A stretch of 64,000 nucleotides of DNA from Alphaproteobacteria bacterium (GCA_045611785.1 JAZKXV010000002.1:3455-67454), one strand, 5' to 3'. Counted from the first letter of the stretch, positions 10,319 to 21,564 are shown. Translations and numbers: made by a program. Notes: generated by a model not told the origin, from the letters alone.

Positions 10319-11218
10319 TTATCTTTGATGTTCATTTTGTTGCTTTACAAATTGAAAAAACGCATTGGCATAATTATTAGAATTATCAGTAAGCAATTTT
10401 TGAGAAACTTCTCTTGTTTGCTCTACTTTATCATAAACCTTAACTCTTTCATCAATTAGGTTTTCTTGCTGTTTTTCCAATAAATGATTATCCAAAATTT
10501 TTTCTATTGCATTTGAATAATTTTCTTTTTGGAAAAGAGAAGAAACAATATCAAGAACATTTGCCGAATTATTTTCAATTTGTTGTTGAGCCAAACCGAC
10601 AGCTAGCTCTTTCATAAAACTTTGTTTAAATTCTTGCTGTAAACGCTCTTTTTCTATTGCTTGCTTACGTCTCTGTTCTTCGTTATGAAGACGTTCAAAT
10701 CGTGCAAACTCATAAGTTTTAGAAGCCCCCGGAACAAAACCTTCAAGGCCACGACAATCGGTTTTTTCAGCCACAAAAGCATCTATACCACGTCCTTGGC
10801 AATATAATATCCAGTCAAATGCTTTCTCGACATTGATAGCACCAATAATTTCTTCATTTTCACAACGTCCGAAATTAACTTGTTTAGTTCTTTTTTCTAC
10901 TGTCTTAACATCAATATTTTCTTCAAAATATTCTTTAGTATAGTACCCTTTAGAACGCTTATTAATTAAAACTTGAGTAAGGCATAAAGCAACCAGTGCT
11001 TTTTTAAAATTCTGATTTGTTTTATATAAAATTTTTCGGGGATCTTTTTGAACTTCTTCATCATACAAAGTTTGGACTGCGGAAAAATAGTTAAGCTCTT
11101 GCAACAATGCCAGTTGCATATCATCAAACGGAACATTAGAAACAATTTTCACATCAGCTGCTTCATCAATAATTCTATTTACTTCATCTTGAATCCGTTT
11201 TTGTAAACTATTGTTCAT
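10319..11218 (-). CDS. Hypothetical protein with coiled-coil C-terminal half
   Basis: Long ORF; GGAGG SD before ATG 11218; no recognised motif. Confidence 0.75.
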   Translation of the reverse strand: MNNSLQKRIQDEVNRIIDEAADVKIVSNVPFDDMQLALLQELNYFSAVQTLYDEEVQKDPRKILYKTNQNFKKALVALCLTQVLINKRSKGYYTKEYFEENIDVKTVEKRTKQVNFGRCENEEIIGAINVEKAFDWILYCQGRGIDAFVAEKTDCRGLEGFVPGASKTYEFARFERLHNEEQRRKQAIEKERLQQEFKQSFMKELAVGLAQQQIENNSANVLDIVSSLFQKENYSNAIEKILDNHLLEKQQENLIDERVKVYDKVEQTREVSQKLLTDNSNNYANAFFQFVKQQNEHQR

Positions 11219-11423
11219 ACTATCCTCCAAAATAAAACTTTAAAAATATTATCGTATTTTATAAATAATATCAATTGAATTTTTATTTCTTATCCAAAAC
11301 TTACATAACAAGCTTGAAAAAACATGACCTAAAATAAAACAAATACGCATAACAATTGTTATTGAAAATAAATAAAAAAAGGTGTACAATAAAAATATAA
11401 ACTCGAGTTTTAGGAGAATTGTT

Positions 11424-14400
11424 ATGAAAAAGTTTAGTTTGTTATGCTTGCTTATTGTTGGGCTATATCCAAACATAACCCAAGCCAGAGTTTGCTTTTT
11501 AGCAGACCAAAATTGTAATGCATCTACCATAGATACAGAACCTGTTTCCACACTATCTTGTCCGGCAGAATACTCTGTTTCGCCAGATCAAGTGTGTGAA
11601 GGAAAAATCTATAAAGAATGCCGTATCGAAGACCTAAACCAAAGCCTTTATAAAGATTTGGGCTGCGATAAAGATAATGGTTACTATGATATAAACGATC
11701 CAAACATATCATTTTATCCATATGTTTGTGCAGAAACAACATGTGAAAACTGTTGTAACAAATTCAAATGTGACACTGAAGTATTCAAAAATTGTTCCTC
11801 TCCAAAAATAGGTGATGGTGACACATGTGAAGAAAAAGATGAACAATATTATGTAAACGGCAACTCCATCAAATTCTCCGAATGCAACTGCAACACTGAA
11901 ATATATCCTTATAACGCAAAAAATTGCTCCGGTGACGACTATATTTTAAAAGGTGATAAATGCGTAGGAGATAATGGTACATACTGGACCGAATGTTATA
12001 ACAATTCTTGCCAATATACATCAGAATATGATTGCGAAAGCCAGCTTGAGAACTCAGATTGCGTTAAAGATTCTGAAGGTTGTTGGAATTTTGCCGGATG
12101 TAAACAAAATTATGCATACGGAAAAGAGGTTGCTGGAAGTTATTATAGTACACATATACCGGCAAAATGCATAAGTTGTAATATTTATAGCTATGAAGAT
12201 TTAAAAGATAACTTCATAACATACATTGGAGTGTGCCCAACAGTTTGGTTTAAGGCTGATGTTACAACGCCTAAAAGTCAAGACAGTTACACAACAGCAC
12301 TAACAACTGGTGTAAACCAAATCGTTTATGGTGAAAATCACAACCTTACACTTGATGAACACTATTTAGCCTTAGGTGATAATTCTTATTTAGAAAATTT
12401 ACACATAATTGGTGAAAATATGGGTAGTAGCTTATTGACTACATATTATGCTAACAATAAAGCTCATATTCATAATCTTGATATTTTGATGAATTCATCA
12501 AAACATACAAATACAGGATATGTATTAGGTGGCAGTATATATTTAACCGGCGATATAAAAGTTACAATGGTTGGTGATAATACAACTACTAGCAGTATAT
12601 ATGTTAATGCTGTTCAATCATCGAACATGCAATTAGATAAAGATGCAACCCTTGATATTGAAATAAAGAATTTTGTTAACCAAACTTACAATGTAGATTC
12701 AGACGCATTATCATTTGACAGCGGAACTGTTCGTATTGATGGAACTGTTAATATCAATATTGAAAATATGATAAATAATAGATCTGGTGGACCACATGCA
12801 ATTGTTTATAGTGGTGGTGACGTTGTATTTAACGGAGATGTTAACATTAAGATGTCTGGTATTAAAAATCCTAGCAACTATGCTCCAAAAACTAGCGCAG
12901 GTGTATACTTAGGTATATACAGTGGCAACAAAGAAATGCCTAAGCTAACTTTTAATGGTAAATTGGATATGGATTTAGAGGGCACAAATTATGCAATTTA
13001 TTCTGATCAAAATGTTAATTTGATCTTAAATGGTGATGCAAATATTGTAGCTAAAAATTTAGATAAAGGTATTGTTAATTACACATCAATTGATTTATAT
13101 AAAACATTATCTATAAATCAATCCAGTACAAAAAACTTTTTTGAAGGAGGTCAAAAATATGTTAGAATTAATGGTAATTATCAATATTTTGACACTATCT
13201 TAAATTTTGCATCAGAAAATTCACATTTAATTTTATCTACTACAAGTTCTTCTAATGCAAACTATTCAGAAGAAAATTTTGGTGTGAAAAATATAAAAAC
13301 GCAAGCAGTTAAAGATGCAAAATGGTCATTAGATACAAAACATTTTTCTACAGAAAAAAGATGTCATACAACATATGACGTTGTGGATGAATATTATGCA
13401 TACCCACCTAAAGAATATTGGTCAGATGCTTGTGAGTTTTCAACTCAACAAGAGTGTACAGATGTAGATTCAAATACAGTTTGCGAATTAGCATCTGATG
13501 GTTGCTGGAAAGTTACAGAATGTGACGAAGCAAATGGATGGTACTATTCAGACGGTGTTTGCAAACCTCGTGATTGTAGCGATTATCCTTTAGATGAAAA
13601 AGCACCTAACTCTAGTGTTTATGCAAAAGATTATGGTTGGGATAGCTCTTATAGTAATCAAAGCACGGGCTCTGCGAATAATGAATGTAGAACAGCTGGT
13701 GTTAAAAAATATCAGTTATATATTTGTGGTACAGTTAGAATGAAAACTTCATTATACATACCATATGGAAAAATTGAATGCCAACCAATAACATGTTCAC
13801 ATTTTGATAAAAAAACGGTTCCAGCTAATGCTAATTATTATACATGCAACAATACATCTGCTGAAAATCCATATTTAATAGGGTCATGCAAATCAGGATA
13901 TTACTTCAAAGATGGTGAATGTGTAAAAATTCCTGATGAAGTTTGCAAGAAAAACCATCCATTAACAACTTGTCCTGATGGTGCGAATTGTAAAACATGT
14001 TATGCTGGTAGCAATAAATATTATGCTATTACTTCTTGCAAATCTTCAACTCATGTATTTAATGCAACCGGTACAACATGTGTAGCATTAACAGGAGTTA
14101 CTGAAACAGATTATCCTTATGCTAAAAGCGCAGACTGTACTGCAGCAACACCAACAAACGGAAGTTGCTCAAGCAAAACAGTTTCGACAAGCCCATATGT
14201 ATACAGATATTACTTTTCAGGATGTAAAGCGGGCTATCATTTTGATAATGGCAAATGCATAGCTAATGATTGTTCTGATTATACATTACAAAAACCCAAA
14301 ACTAGTGCTTCATATGATTGGGGAAAATACGCTTCGCACGATTCTTCATCATGCCAGTATGGCTCATCATCAATTACCGATGTAAAGTTTTTATTGCAAA

Positions 14401-14789
14401 AATGTGATACTACATATAAGCTAGAGGGAAATGATTGTGTACAAGTTACTAATAAACCTGATGAATTTGTATCTAAATACAGAGGTTGTGGTATTTATGA
14501 TGACCAATATAATGAATATACCGGAAGTCAATATGACGGATATCTTTTAGGAAGTACTAGTAGTTGTAACAAAGAATGGTACGATTATATTCGTGGTTGT
14601 GCATATGGACACCATTGGAATGGTACAAAATGTATTCCAAACAATTGTCCTGATTTTCCATTTACTGAAAAACCAGAACATGCAAAAACATATGCACTTT
14701 GTGAAAAAGGTTCAACCTTTATGTACAGAGCAAAATCTTGTGAAGATGGATATCGATTGAACAACCATGGTTGTGAACCGATTGAATAA
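11424..14789 (+). CDS. Large secreted cysteine-rich repeat protein with a central beta-rich domain
   Basis: AGGAG SD; signal peptide MKKFSLLCLLIVGLYPNITQA; Cys-rich N- and C-regions around a Cys-free Asn/Gly/Ile-rich middle. Confidence 0.85.
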   Translation: MKKFSLLCLLIVGLYPNITQARVCFLADQNCNASTIDTEPVSTLSCPAEYSVSPDQVCEGKIYKECRIEDLNQSLYKDLGCDKDNGYYDINDPNISFYPYVCAETTCENCCNKFKCDTEVFKNCSSPKIGDGDTCEEKDEQYYVNGNSIKFSECNCNTEIYPYNAKNCSGDDYILKGDKCVGDNGTYWTECYNNSCQYTSEYDCESQLENSDCVKDSEGCWNFAGCKQNYAYGKEVAGSYYSTHIPAKCISCNIYSYEDLKDNFITYIGVCPTVWFKADVTTPKSQDSYTTALTTGVNQIVYGENHNLTLDEHYLALGDNSYLENLHIIGENMGSSLLTTYYANNKAHIHNLDILMNSSKHTNTGYVLGGSIYLTGDIKVTMVGDNTTTSSIYVNAVQSSNMQLDKDATLDIEIKNFVNQTYNVDSDALSFDSGTVRIDGTVNINIENMINNRSGGPHAIVYSGGDVVFNGDVNIKMSGIKNPSNYAPKTSAGVYLGIYSGNKEMPKLTFNGKLDMDLEGTNYAIYSDQNVNLILNGDANIVAKNLDKGIVNYTSIDLYKTLSINQSSTKNFFEGGQKYVRINGNYQYFDTILNFASENSHLILSTTSSSNANYSEENFGVKNIKTQAVKDAKWSLDTKHFSTEKRCHTTYDVVDEYYAYPPKEYWSDACEFSTQQECTDVDSNTVCELASDGCWKVTECDEANGWYYSDGVCKPRDCSDYPLDEKAPNSSVYAKDYGWDSSYSNQSTGSANNECRTAGVKKYQLYICGTVRMKTSLYIPYGKIECQPITCSHFDKKTVPANANYYTCNNTSAENPYLIGSCKSGYYFKDGECVKIPDEVCKKNHPLTTCPDGANCKTCYAGSNKYYAITSCKSSTHVFNATGTTCVALTGVTETDYPYAKSADCTAATPTNGSCSSKTVSTSPYVYRYYFSGCKAGYHFDNGKCIANDCSDYTLQKPKTSASYDWGKYASHDSSSCQYGSSSITDVKFLLQKCDTTYKLEGNDCVQVTNKPDEFVSKYRGCGIYDDQYNEYTGSQYDGYLLGSTSSCNKEWYDYIRGCAYGHHWNGTKCIPNNCPDFPFTEKPEHAKTYALCEKGSTFMYRAKSCEDGYRLNNHGCEPIE

Positions 14790-14811
14790 AATATAACAAA
14801 AACTCCTAGAA

Positions 14812-14847
14812 TAAAAAAGCTCCGTGGATTTATCGGAGCTTTTTTAT
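14812..14847 (+). terminator. Intrinsic terminator
   Basis: taaaaaagctccg-N9-cggagctttttta. Confidence 0.85.
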
Positions 14848-14906
14848 TATCTATTACATTCACATCTAATTATACCCTCTCCAAACTCAACACATCACCT
14901 TACAGT

Positions 14907-15053
14907 TCATACTCCAACTTGATTAGAGTATCATGTCAACAATAAGACAAAACATTCCAACCTATTAGACATCTATCTACTCATACTCACCTCATCTGCC
15001 GTAGAGCATGCGCAGCTCATATATGTATCATACTCTAACTTGATTGGAGTATC
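14907..15053. repeat. Two 26-bp imperfect palindromic (REP-like) repeats
   Basis: tcatactccaacttgattagagtatc (14907-14932) and tcatactctaacttgattggagtatc (15028-15053), 24/26 identical; more decayed copy near 15184. Confidence 0.75.
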
Positions 15054-15298
15054 CTGATCAGCAGTATAGCAAAAATTTATACATTAAACTCGAGGAAAAA
15101 TAAACAACCAATTCGACACACAGACACCAGCAGTAGATTCCATCTGTCATACATGTCTCATCTTCCATACTACAAGCAAGTGTATACCCCCAACTTAATC
15201 AAAATCTGATAAGCAAAAAGTTTCAACCTAGCATTCTATCAAAGCAAGACAATATAATTTAGAAATGTAAAATCGAAAAAATATGCATATTAAAAAAT

Positions 15299-15340
15299 AA
15301 AAAAGAGAGAAACCTTCATCGAAATTTCTCTCTTTTTTTT
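15299..15340 (-). terminator. Terminator of the S10-spc cluster after rplO
   Basis: aaaaaagagagaaa ... tttctctctttttt inverted repeat. Confidence 0.75.
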
Positions 15341-15361
15341 ATTTTAGTTCTAGATGAACTA

Positions 15362-15814
15362 TTATACGAGGTTTACTTTACCACCAGCTTTTTCAACTGC
15401 TTCTACAGCTGCTTTTGAAGCAGAGTTAACAGAAATGTTAACAGAAGAAGTGATTGCACCACGAGCAAGTAAACGAACTCCGTCCATTTTCTTGGTAATT
15501 ACTCTTGAATTGAGTAATGTATCAATATCAATTGATGAAGCATCTAATTTGCCAGCATCAACTGCTTTTTGAATTGTATCCAAGTTAACAACAGCAAATT
15601 GTTTTGCAAACGGATTCTTGAAACCGCGTTTTGGTAAACGACGGTAAATAGGCATTTGACCACCCTCAAAACCGTTTACAGACACACCTGAACGAGACTT
15701 TTGGCCTTTAACACCACGTCCGCCGGTTTTGCCTTTACCGCTACCAATACCGCGACCAACACGAATGCGGTTTTTTGTAGCGCCCGGATTGTTTTGTAAT
15801 TCATTAAGTTTCAT
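15362..15814 (-). CDS. rplO: 50S ribosomal protein uL15
   Basis: [20 protein letters not shown]. Confidence 0.98.
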   Translation of the reverse strand: MKLNELQNNPGATKNRIRVGRGIGSGKGKTGGRGVKGQKSRSGVSVNGFEGGQMPIYRRLPKRGFKNPFAKQFAVVNLDTIQKAVDAGKLDASSIDIDTLLNSRVITKKMDGVRLLARGAITSSVNISVNSASKAAVEAVEKAGGKVNLV

Positions 15815-15954
15815 TTCTTTTCACCTAATATTTTTTTATTAACACTCGAGTTCAAAAATTCGATAAAGGGCTAGGCTACGTAGCTTTCCTTAAGTACCGT
15901 GTACAAACAGTACACAAACGAAGGAAAAACAAGTATGATAGCCCTTTTGCGAAC

Positions 15955-16137
15955 TTATTCCTCAACTTTTACGAGGTGGCTAACCTTACTAATCATACCA
16001 CGAACTGAAGGAGTATCTTCAACTTCAACTGTACGATTCATTTTGTTTAAGCCTAATCCGATTAAAGTTGCTCTTTGATCTTTTGGTTTGCCGATTGGGC
16101 TAACAACTTGAGTAACTTTTATTGTTTTTTTAGCCAT
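15955..16137 (-). CDS. rpmD: 50S ribosomal protein uL30
   Basis: [19 protein letters not shown]; spc order. Confidence 0.97.
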   Translation of the reverse strand: MAKKTIKVTQVVSPIGKPKDQRATLIGLGLNKMNRTVEVEDTPSVRGMISKVSHLVKVEE

Positions 16138-16140
16138 CGA

Positions 16141-16701
16141 TTAAGCCTCCTCTTTTTCCATTTTTACATTTGAAGAATTTTCACGGCGGCTAACAATATC
16201 TCCAACTTTTTTACCACGTTTAGCAGCAACCATACGAGGAGAGTTGATAGCTTGCAAAGCGTTAAATGTTGCTTTAATCATGTTGTAAGGGTTGTTGGAA
16301 CCCAAAGATTTTGCAACAACGTCTTGCACACCCAAAGCTTCAAATACAGCACGCATAGGACCACCAGCAATAACACCGGTACCGGCAGGAGCAGTTCTTA
16401 ACAATACTTTACCTGCACCAAAACGTCCTTCAACATCGTGATGAAGTGTTCTGCCTTCACGAAGTGGAATACGAACCATATTCTTTTTAGCTTCATTTGT
16501 AGCTTTAACAATAGCGTCAGGAACTTCAGTTGCCTTGCCGGAACCATATCCAACGCGGCCTTTTTGGTCACCAACAACTACAACTGCAGCAAAGCTCATT
16601 GTGCGTCCGCCTTTTACAGTTTTAGCTACACGATTAACGTGAACGAGTTTTTCAACTAATTCTTCGGTTTTTTCTTTTTTATTATGACGATCTACAGCCA
16701 T
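16141..16701 (-). CDS. rpsE: 30S ribosomal protein uS5
   Basis: [19 protein letters not shown]. Confidence 0.98.
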   Translation of the reverse strand: MAVDRHNKKEKTEELVEKLVHVNRVAKTVKGGRTMSFAAVVVVGDQKGRVGYGSGKATEVPDAIVKATNEAKKNMVRIPLREGRTLHHDVEGRFGAGKVLLRTAPAGTGVIAGGPMRAVFEALGVQDVVAKSLGSNNPYNMIKATFNALQAINSPRMVAAKRGKKVGDIVSRRENSSNVKMEKEEA

Positions 16702-16710
16702 CTTTTCCTC

Positions 16711-17073
16711 CTAGAATTTCAAACCAGCTTCACGTGCTGCTTCAGCCAAAGCCTTAACACGACCATGATAAATGTAGCCACCTCTATCGAAGATAACTTC
16801 ACTTACGCCTGATTTTACTGCACGTTCTGCAATTACTTTACCAATGAAGCCGGCTGCTTCAATTGTAGATGACTTTTTGATGCTGTCACGAACTTCTTTA
16901 TCTAATGTAGAAGCACTTGCAACTGTTGCACCTTTTGCATCGTCAATAATCTGCGCGTAAATGTGCTTACCGCTACGGAAAACAGACAATCTTAATTTGC
17001 CGTTTGCTGCTGCTTTCAAAGCTGTTCTTACGCGAGCTTTTCTTTTTTCAAACAATTTTCTTGGTGTATTCAT
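16711..17073 (-). CDS. rplR: 50S ribosomal protein uL18
   Basis: [25 protein letters not shown]. Confidence 0.98.
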   Translation of the reverse strand: MNTPRKLFEKRKARVRTALKAAANGKLRLSVFRSGKHIYAQIIDDAKGATVASASTLDKEVRDSIKKSSTIEAAGFIGKVIAERAVKSGVSEVIFDRGGYIYHGRVKALAEAAREAGLKF

Positions 17074-17085
17074 CTTAAGTTATCC

Positions 17086-17622
17086 TTATTTCTTCTTGCC
17101 TTCTTTACGACGTACATATTCGCCTTCTAACTTCACACCTTTACCTTTGTAAGGTTCTGGTTTACGATATTTGCGAATTTGTGCGGCAACCTGACCAACA
17201 AGTTGTTTATCAACACCAAAAACTTTGATTTGTGTAGGTGATTCACATGTGATCTTAATGCCTTCCGGAGCTGGGAAGTTAACATCATGTGAGAAACCTA
17301 ATGAAAGAACAAGTTTAGTTCCTTCCATACGAGCTTTGTAACCAACGCCCACTAATTCTAAGTTTTTGTAAAAGCCTTCATTAACACCTTTAACTAAAGT
17401 ATTAATGTTTGCTCTGGTGGTTCCCCATAAAGAACGAGCTGTTCTATTATCAGATAATGGAGATACAACAACTTTACCGTCTTCTACTTTTGTTGATACA
17501 AAGTTTACATCAAAAGAACAGCTAAGTTCACCTAATTTTCCTTTAACAGTTACAACATTTTCGTTTATTTCAACTGTTACGCCAGCAGGGATCACTACCG
17601 GATATTTACCAATTCTTGACAT
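17086..17622 (-). CDS. rplF: 50S ribosomal protein uL6
   Basis: MSRIGK, RKPEPYKGKG. Confidence 0.98.
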   Translation of the reverse strand: MSRIGKYPVVIPAGVTVEINENVVTVKGKLGELSCSFDVNFVSTKVEDGKVVVSPLSDNRTARSLWGTTRANINTLVKGVNEGFYKNLELVGVGYKARMEGTKLVLSLGFSHDVNFPAPEGIKITCESPTQIKVFGVDKQLVGQVAAQIRKYRKPEPYKGKGVKLEGEYVRRKEGKKK

Positions 17623-17634
17623 CCGTTTTCTCCC

Positions 17635-18033
17635 TTAGAATACCTGACATAAAATTTCACCGCCAACGTTAGCTTTTCTGGCATCGTTATCGCTCATAAC
17701 ACCTTGAGGAGTTGAAACGATAGAGATACCTAAGCCGTTGTATACTCTAGGTAAGTCTTTAACGCTTGAATATACGCGACGACCTGGAGTAGAAACACGG
17801 TAAATTTCTGTTATAACACTAGCACCTTCATGGTACTTTAATTTAATTACGAGTTCATCAATACCAGCTTTAACATTGCGTTTTTCATAACCTTCAATGT
17901 AGCCTTCTTTTTTGAGAACTTCCAACACATTTTCACGCAAGCGAGAAGCAGGTGTAACAACATCACTTTTCTTCGCTCTTTGTGCGTTTCTAATGCGAGT
18001 GAGCATATCGCCCAAAGGATCAGTCATTGACAT
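17635..18033 (-). CDS. rpsH: 30S ribosomal protein uS8
   Basis: [20 protein letters not shown]. Confidence 0.98.
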   Translation of the reverse strand: MSMTDPLGDMLTRIRNAQRAKKSDVVTPASRLRENVLEVLKKEGYIEGYEKRNVKAGIDELVIKLKYHEGASVITEIYRVSTPGRRVYSSVKDLPRVYNGLGISIVSTPQGVMSDNDARKANVGGEILCQVF

Positions 18034-18046
18034 TTATATATCCTCC

Positions 18047-18352
18047 TTACCAGCTTGATTTTACCAAACCAGGAATTTCGCCAAAGCTTGCCATGTTTCT
18101 TAATTCAACACGGCTCAAACCGAACTTCCTGTAATAACTACGTGAACGACCTGTTAATTTGCAACGGTTCTTAACTCTAATTTTTGCAGAGTTACGTGGC
18201 AAAGCGGCCAATTTCAATGTTGCTTGGAATCTGTCTTCCGGAGAAGCATTTTTATCCATAGCAACTTGTTTTAATTTAAGACGACGATTAGCATACTTCT
18301 CAGCCATCTTTTCTCTTTTCAAGTTTCTATAAACTGAACTTGTCTTTGACAT
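18047..18352 (-). CDS. rpsN: 30S ribosomal protein uS14 (long, zinc-independent form)
   Basis: [26 protein letters not shown]. Confidence 0.98.
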   Translation of the reverse strand: MSKTSSVYRNLKREKMAEKYANRRLKLKQVAMDKNASPEDRFQATLKLAALPRNSAKIRVKNRCKLTGRSRSYYRKFGLSRVELRNMASFGEIPGLVKSSW

Positions 18353-18366
18353 AGTAAAATCTCCGC

Positions 18367-18906
18367 TTATTTCTTGTAAGGCAAGTTAAATGATGTAAGC
18401 AAGAATTTTGCTTCTTCATCTGTCTTAGCTGTTGTACAAATTACGATATCCATACCACGAACTTCATCAACTTTTTCGTAGTTAATTTCAGGAAAGATAA
18501 TTTGTTCTTTAATACCAAAAGCAAAGTTACCTTTACCGTCAAAATTTTTGCCGGATATTCCATGGAAGTCTCTAATACGCGGTAAAGCCATATTAATAAG
18601 TCTTTCCAAGAATTCATACATTCTTGTAGAACGAAGAGTTACTTTACAACCGATTGGCATACCTTCTCTTAATTTGAAAGTAGCAATTGATTTGCGAGCT
18701 GTAGTTGTAACTGGTTTTTGACCTGCAATCAAAGCTAATTCTTCAATTGCATTGTTCAGTTTTTTCTTGTCTGTAACGGCATCACCGACACCCATATTCA
18801 AGACAATTTTAGTCAACTTAGGAATCTCATGTGGGTTCTGGTAACCGAATTTTTCCACAAGAGATTTTTTTATGACTTCATTATAAAGTTTTTCAAAATT
18901 TGTCAT
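18367..18906 (-). CDS. rplE: 50S ribosomal protein uL5
   Basis: [18 protein letters not shown]. Confidence 0.98.
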   Translation of the reverse strand: MTNFEKLYNEVIKKSLVEKFGYQNPHEIPKLTKIVLNMGVGDAVTDKKKLNNAIEELALIAGQKPVTTTARKSIATFKLREGMPIGCKVTLRSTRMYEFLERLINMALPRIRDFHGISGKNFDGKGNFAFGIKEQIIFPEINYEKVDEVRGMDIVICTTAKTDEEAKFLLTSFNLPYKK

Positions 18907-18917
18907 AAGATTTTCTC

Positions 18918-19235
18918 CTATTTATCGATTACTTCACCGGATTTACGTGCAACACGCACTTTAGTCCCTTTGTCGTCTTTGTAACCAATCTTGCTGGCTT
19001 TGCCATCAGATGTTACAATAGCTACGTTTGAAACGTGAATTGCAGCTTCTTTTGTTACAATACCGCCAGGAGTAGTTTGACTTGGCTTAGTGTGTCTTTT
19101 TACTAAGTTAACACCTTGCACAACTACTTTACTCTCTTTTGGCATAGCTTTCAAAACTTCGCCGGTTTTACCTTTGTCATCACCAGACAAGATAACAACT
19201 TTATCACCTTTTTTAATTTTCATTTTAAGGCTCAT
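18918..19235 (-). CDS. rplX: 50S ribosomal protein uL24
   Basis: IKKGDKV..G.DKGKTG, IHVSNV. Confidence 0.98.
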   Translation of the reverse strand: MSLKMKIKKGDKVVILSGDDKGKTGEVLKAMPKESKVVVQGVNLVKRHTKPSQTTPGGIVTKEAAIHVSNVAIVTSDGKASKIGYKDDKGTKVRVARKSGEVIDK

Positions 19236-19603
19236 TACAATACCTCCGGTGCTAATGAAATGATTTTCATAAATTTCTTTGCACGCAATTCTCTTGTAAC
19301 AGGGCCAAAGATACGAGTACCTATTGGTTCACCGTCTTTATTTACAAGAACTGCGGCGTTGCTGTCAAAACGGATAACACTGCCATCTTTACGTCTGATG
19401 TCACTTGCTGTTCTAACAATAACAGCTTTGCATACATCACCTTTTTTAACACGTCCTTTTGGCATTGCTTCTTTAATAGAAACAACGATGATATCCCCTA
19501 CGGAAGCATGCATTCTCTTGGACCCGCCAAGAACTTTAATGCACTGCACCTGACGTGCTCCAGAGTTATCTGCAACATCGAGGTTGGTTTGCATCTGTAT
19601 CAT
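19235..19603 (-). CDS. rplN: 50S ribosomal protein uL14
   Basis: [15 protein letters not shown]. Confidence 0.98.
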   Translation of the reverse strand: MIQMQTNLDVADNSGARQVQCIKVLGGSKRMHASVGDIIVVSIKEAMPKGRVKKGDVCKAVIVRTASDIRRKDGSVIRFDSNAAVLVNKDGEPIGTRIFGPVTRELRAKKFMKIISLAPEVL

Positions 19604-19622
19604 TTTTTAATTCCTTCTTTTC

Positions 19623-19859
19623 TTAGGCGTTATCAACTAATACAGTCCAAGTTTTTGTTTTTGAATAAGGTTTAGATTCAATGATAGAAACCTTATCACC
19701 AACTTTGAACTGGTTATTTTCATCGTGAGCAGCATATTTCTTGCTTTTTTTCACGAATTTTTTGTAAACAGGGTGCAATACCTGACGCTCTACGCTGACC
19801 ACGACAGTTTTATCCTGTTTATCGCTTACTACAACACCTTGAAGAATTCTTTTAGGCAT
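19623..19859 (-). CDS. rpsQ: 30S ribosomal protein uS17
   Basis: GVVVSDK, HPVYKK, SKTK. Confidence 0.98.
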   Translation of the reverse strand: MPKRILQGVVVSDKQDKTVVVSVERQVLHPVYKKFVKKSKKYAAHDENNQFKVGDKVSIIESKPYSKTKTWTVLVDNA

Positions 19860-19870
19860 AGTCTTTTCTC

Positions 19871-20068
19871 CTAACTATTCTTCTTGCGCTCTGTTATGAG
19901 CGTATTGATTTTAGCTATTTCACGACGAACTTTACGAACCTGTGCAGTATTCGCTAATTGTCCTGTTGATTGTTGAACACGCAAGTTAAACTGCTCTTTT
20001 TTGTTTTCAAGAAGTTTAGCTTCTAATTCATCAATCGTCATAGCACGTAAATCTTTTGTTTTTACCAT
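19871..20068 (-). CDS. rpmC: 50S ribosomal protein uL29
   Basis: FNLR.Q..GQL; S10 order. Confidence 0.97.
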   Translation of the reverse strand: MVKTKDLRAMTIDELEAKLLENKKEQFNLRVQQSTGQLANTAQVRKVRREIAKINTLITERKKNS

Positions 20069-20496
20069 TATGCTTCTCCTTTATCTGAGTTAAGGCGCTT
20101 AACAAACTTACTCTTAACTGGAAGTTTTGCGGCACCTAACGCAAATGCTTTGCGTGCTGTTTCTTCATCAACACCTTCTGCTTCAAACATTATGCGGCCT
20201 GGTTTAACCCTTGCTACCCAGAATTCTACAGCACCTTTACCTTTACCCATACGAACCTCAGCAGGTTTATCTGTTACAGGTACATCTGGGAAAATTCTGA
20301 TCCATAATCTTCCGGCTCTTCTCATTTCACGAGTAATAGCACGACGAGCTGCTTCAATTTGACGAGCTGTCACGCGTTCTGGTGTCAAAGCCTTCAATCC
20401 ATATGAACCGAAACTTAAAGTAGATCCGCCTTTAGCCAAGCCATGAATACGGCCTTTATGCTGTTTACGGAACTTTATACGTTTTGGACTTAACAT
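20068..20496 (-). CDS. rplP: 50S ribosomal protein uL16
   Basis: [15 protein letters not shown]. Confidence 0.98.
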   Translation of the reverse strand: MLSPKRIKFRKQHKGRIHGLAKGGSTLSFGSYGLKALTPERVTARQIEAARRAITREMRRAGRLWIRIFPDVPVTDKPAEVRMGKGKGAVEFWVARVKPGRIMFEAEGVDEETARKAFALGAAKLPVKSKFVKRLNSDKGEA

Positions 20497-20515
20497 TTTA
20501 TTTTAACCTCACTTA

Positions 20516-21184
20516 TTACTTTTGTTCAGCCAACTTTTTGTCTTGTGCCATTGGATCATGAGCCATAATTTCGCCCTTATAAATCCAAACTTTTACGCCA
20601 CAAGCACCATAAGTTGTATGAGCCGTTGAGGTTGCATAATCAATGTCAGCACGCAATGTGTGTAAAGGCACACGACCTTCACGGTAATATTCAGTACGAG
20701 CAATTTCAGCACCGCCTAAACGACCACTGCAGCTAACTTTGATACCTTCTGCACCCAAACGAAGAGCGGACTGCATAACTCTTTTCATTGCTCTACGGAA
20801 AGAAACACGTCTTTCTAATTGTTGAGCAACAGAATCAGCAACGAGTTTAGCATCTAATTCAGGTTTTCTAACTTCTAAGATGTTCAATTGAACTTCTGAA
20901 GAAGTTAATTTCTGAATATCTTTGCGTAAAATCTCGATATCTTGTCCTTTCTTACCGATTACTACACCTGGTCTAGCAGAATGAATTGTTACTCTTGCTT
21001 TTTTAGCCGGACGTTCAATCACAATACGGCTAATACCAGCTTGAGCAAGTTTCTCTTTCAAGAATTCTTTAATTTTAAAATCTTCGTGGAGATAGTTGGT
21101 AAACTTATCATCAGCATACCAACGAGAGTCCCATGTGCGGTTAATACCCAAACGAAGACTTGTAGGATTTACTTTCTGTCCCAT
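20516..21184 (-). CDS. rpsC: 30S ribosomal protein uS3
   Basis: [17 protein letters not shown]. Confidence 0.98.
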   Translation of the reverse strand: MGQKVNPTSLRLGINRTWDSRWYADDKFTNYLHEDFKIKEFLKEKLAQAGISRIVIERPAKKARVTIHSARPGVVIGKKGQDIEILRKDIQKLTSSEVQLNILEVRKPELDAKLVADSVAQQLERRVSFRRAMKRVMQSALRLGAEGIKVSCSGRLGGAEIARTEYYREGRVPLHTLRADIDYATSTAHTTYGACGVKVWIYKGEIMAHDPMAQDKKLAEQK

Positions 21185-21189
21185 TTATC

Positions 21190-21564
21190 TTACTCCCCAC
21201 GCTCTGATACAACAACGGTCATGCTAGAGAACGGTTTTAATACTCGTGCTCCGCGTCCGCGACCGCGTGCGTGCATACGTTTCATTACTAAGCCTTTACC
21301 GACAAATGCTTCACTTACGATTAATTTGTCAATGTTAAGACTGTGGTTATTTTCAGCATTAGCAATTGCACTTTGCAATAAGCCTAAAGCTATTTTTGCA
21401 ACTCTCTTCTTTGAGAAGGTAAGTTCTGCAACAGCTTTTTCTGCTGCCAATCCGCGAATAGACTGTGCAACTAAGTTAAGTTTGCGCGGGCTTGTGCGGA
21501 TAGAGCGACAAACTGCTAAAGCTTGATTGCTTGCTACTCTTCTTGCATCTTTAGTTTTTCCCAT
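21190..21564 (-). CDS. rplV: 50S ribosomal protein uL22
   Basis: [18 protein letters not shown]. Confidence 0.98.
   Translation of the reverse strand: MGKTKDARRVASNQALAVCRSIRTSPRKLNLVAQSIRGLAAEKAVAELTFSKKRVAKIALGLLQSAIANAENNHSLNIDKLIVSEAFVGKGLVMKRMHARGRGRGARVLKPFSSMTVVVSERGE

Noticed and set aside
11249-11551. 100-aa minus-strand ORF
   Set aside because: Overlaps the start of the Cys-rich gene and its AT-rich promoter region; no SD
14907-15210. Repeats as a possible CRISPR array
   Set aside because: Only two good copies, 95 nt apart, with irregular further fragments and no cas genes
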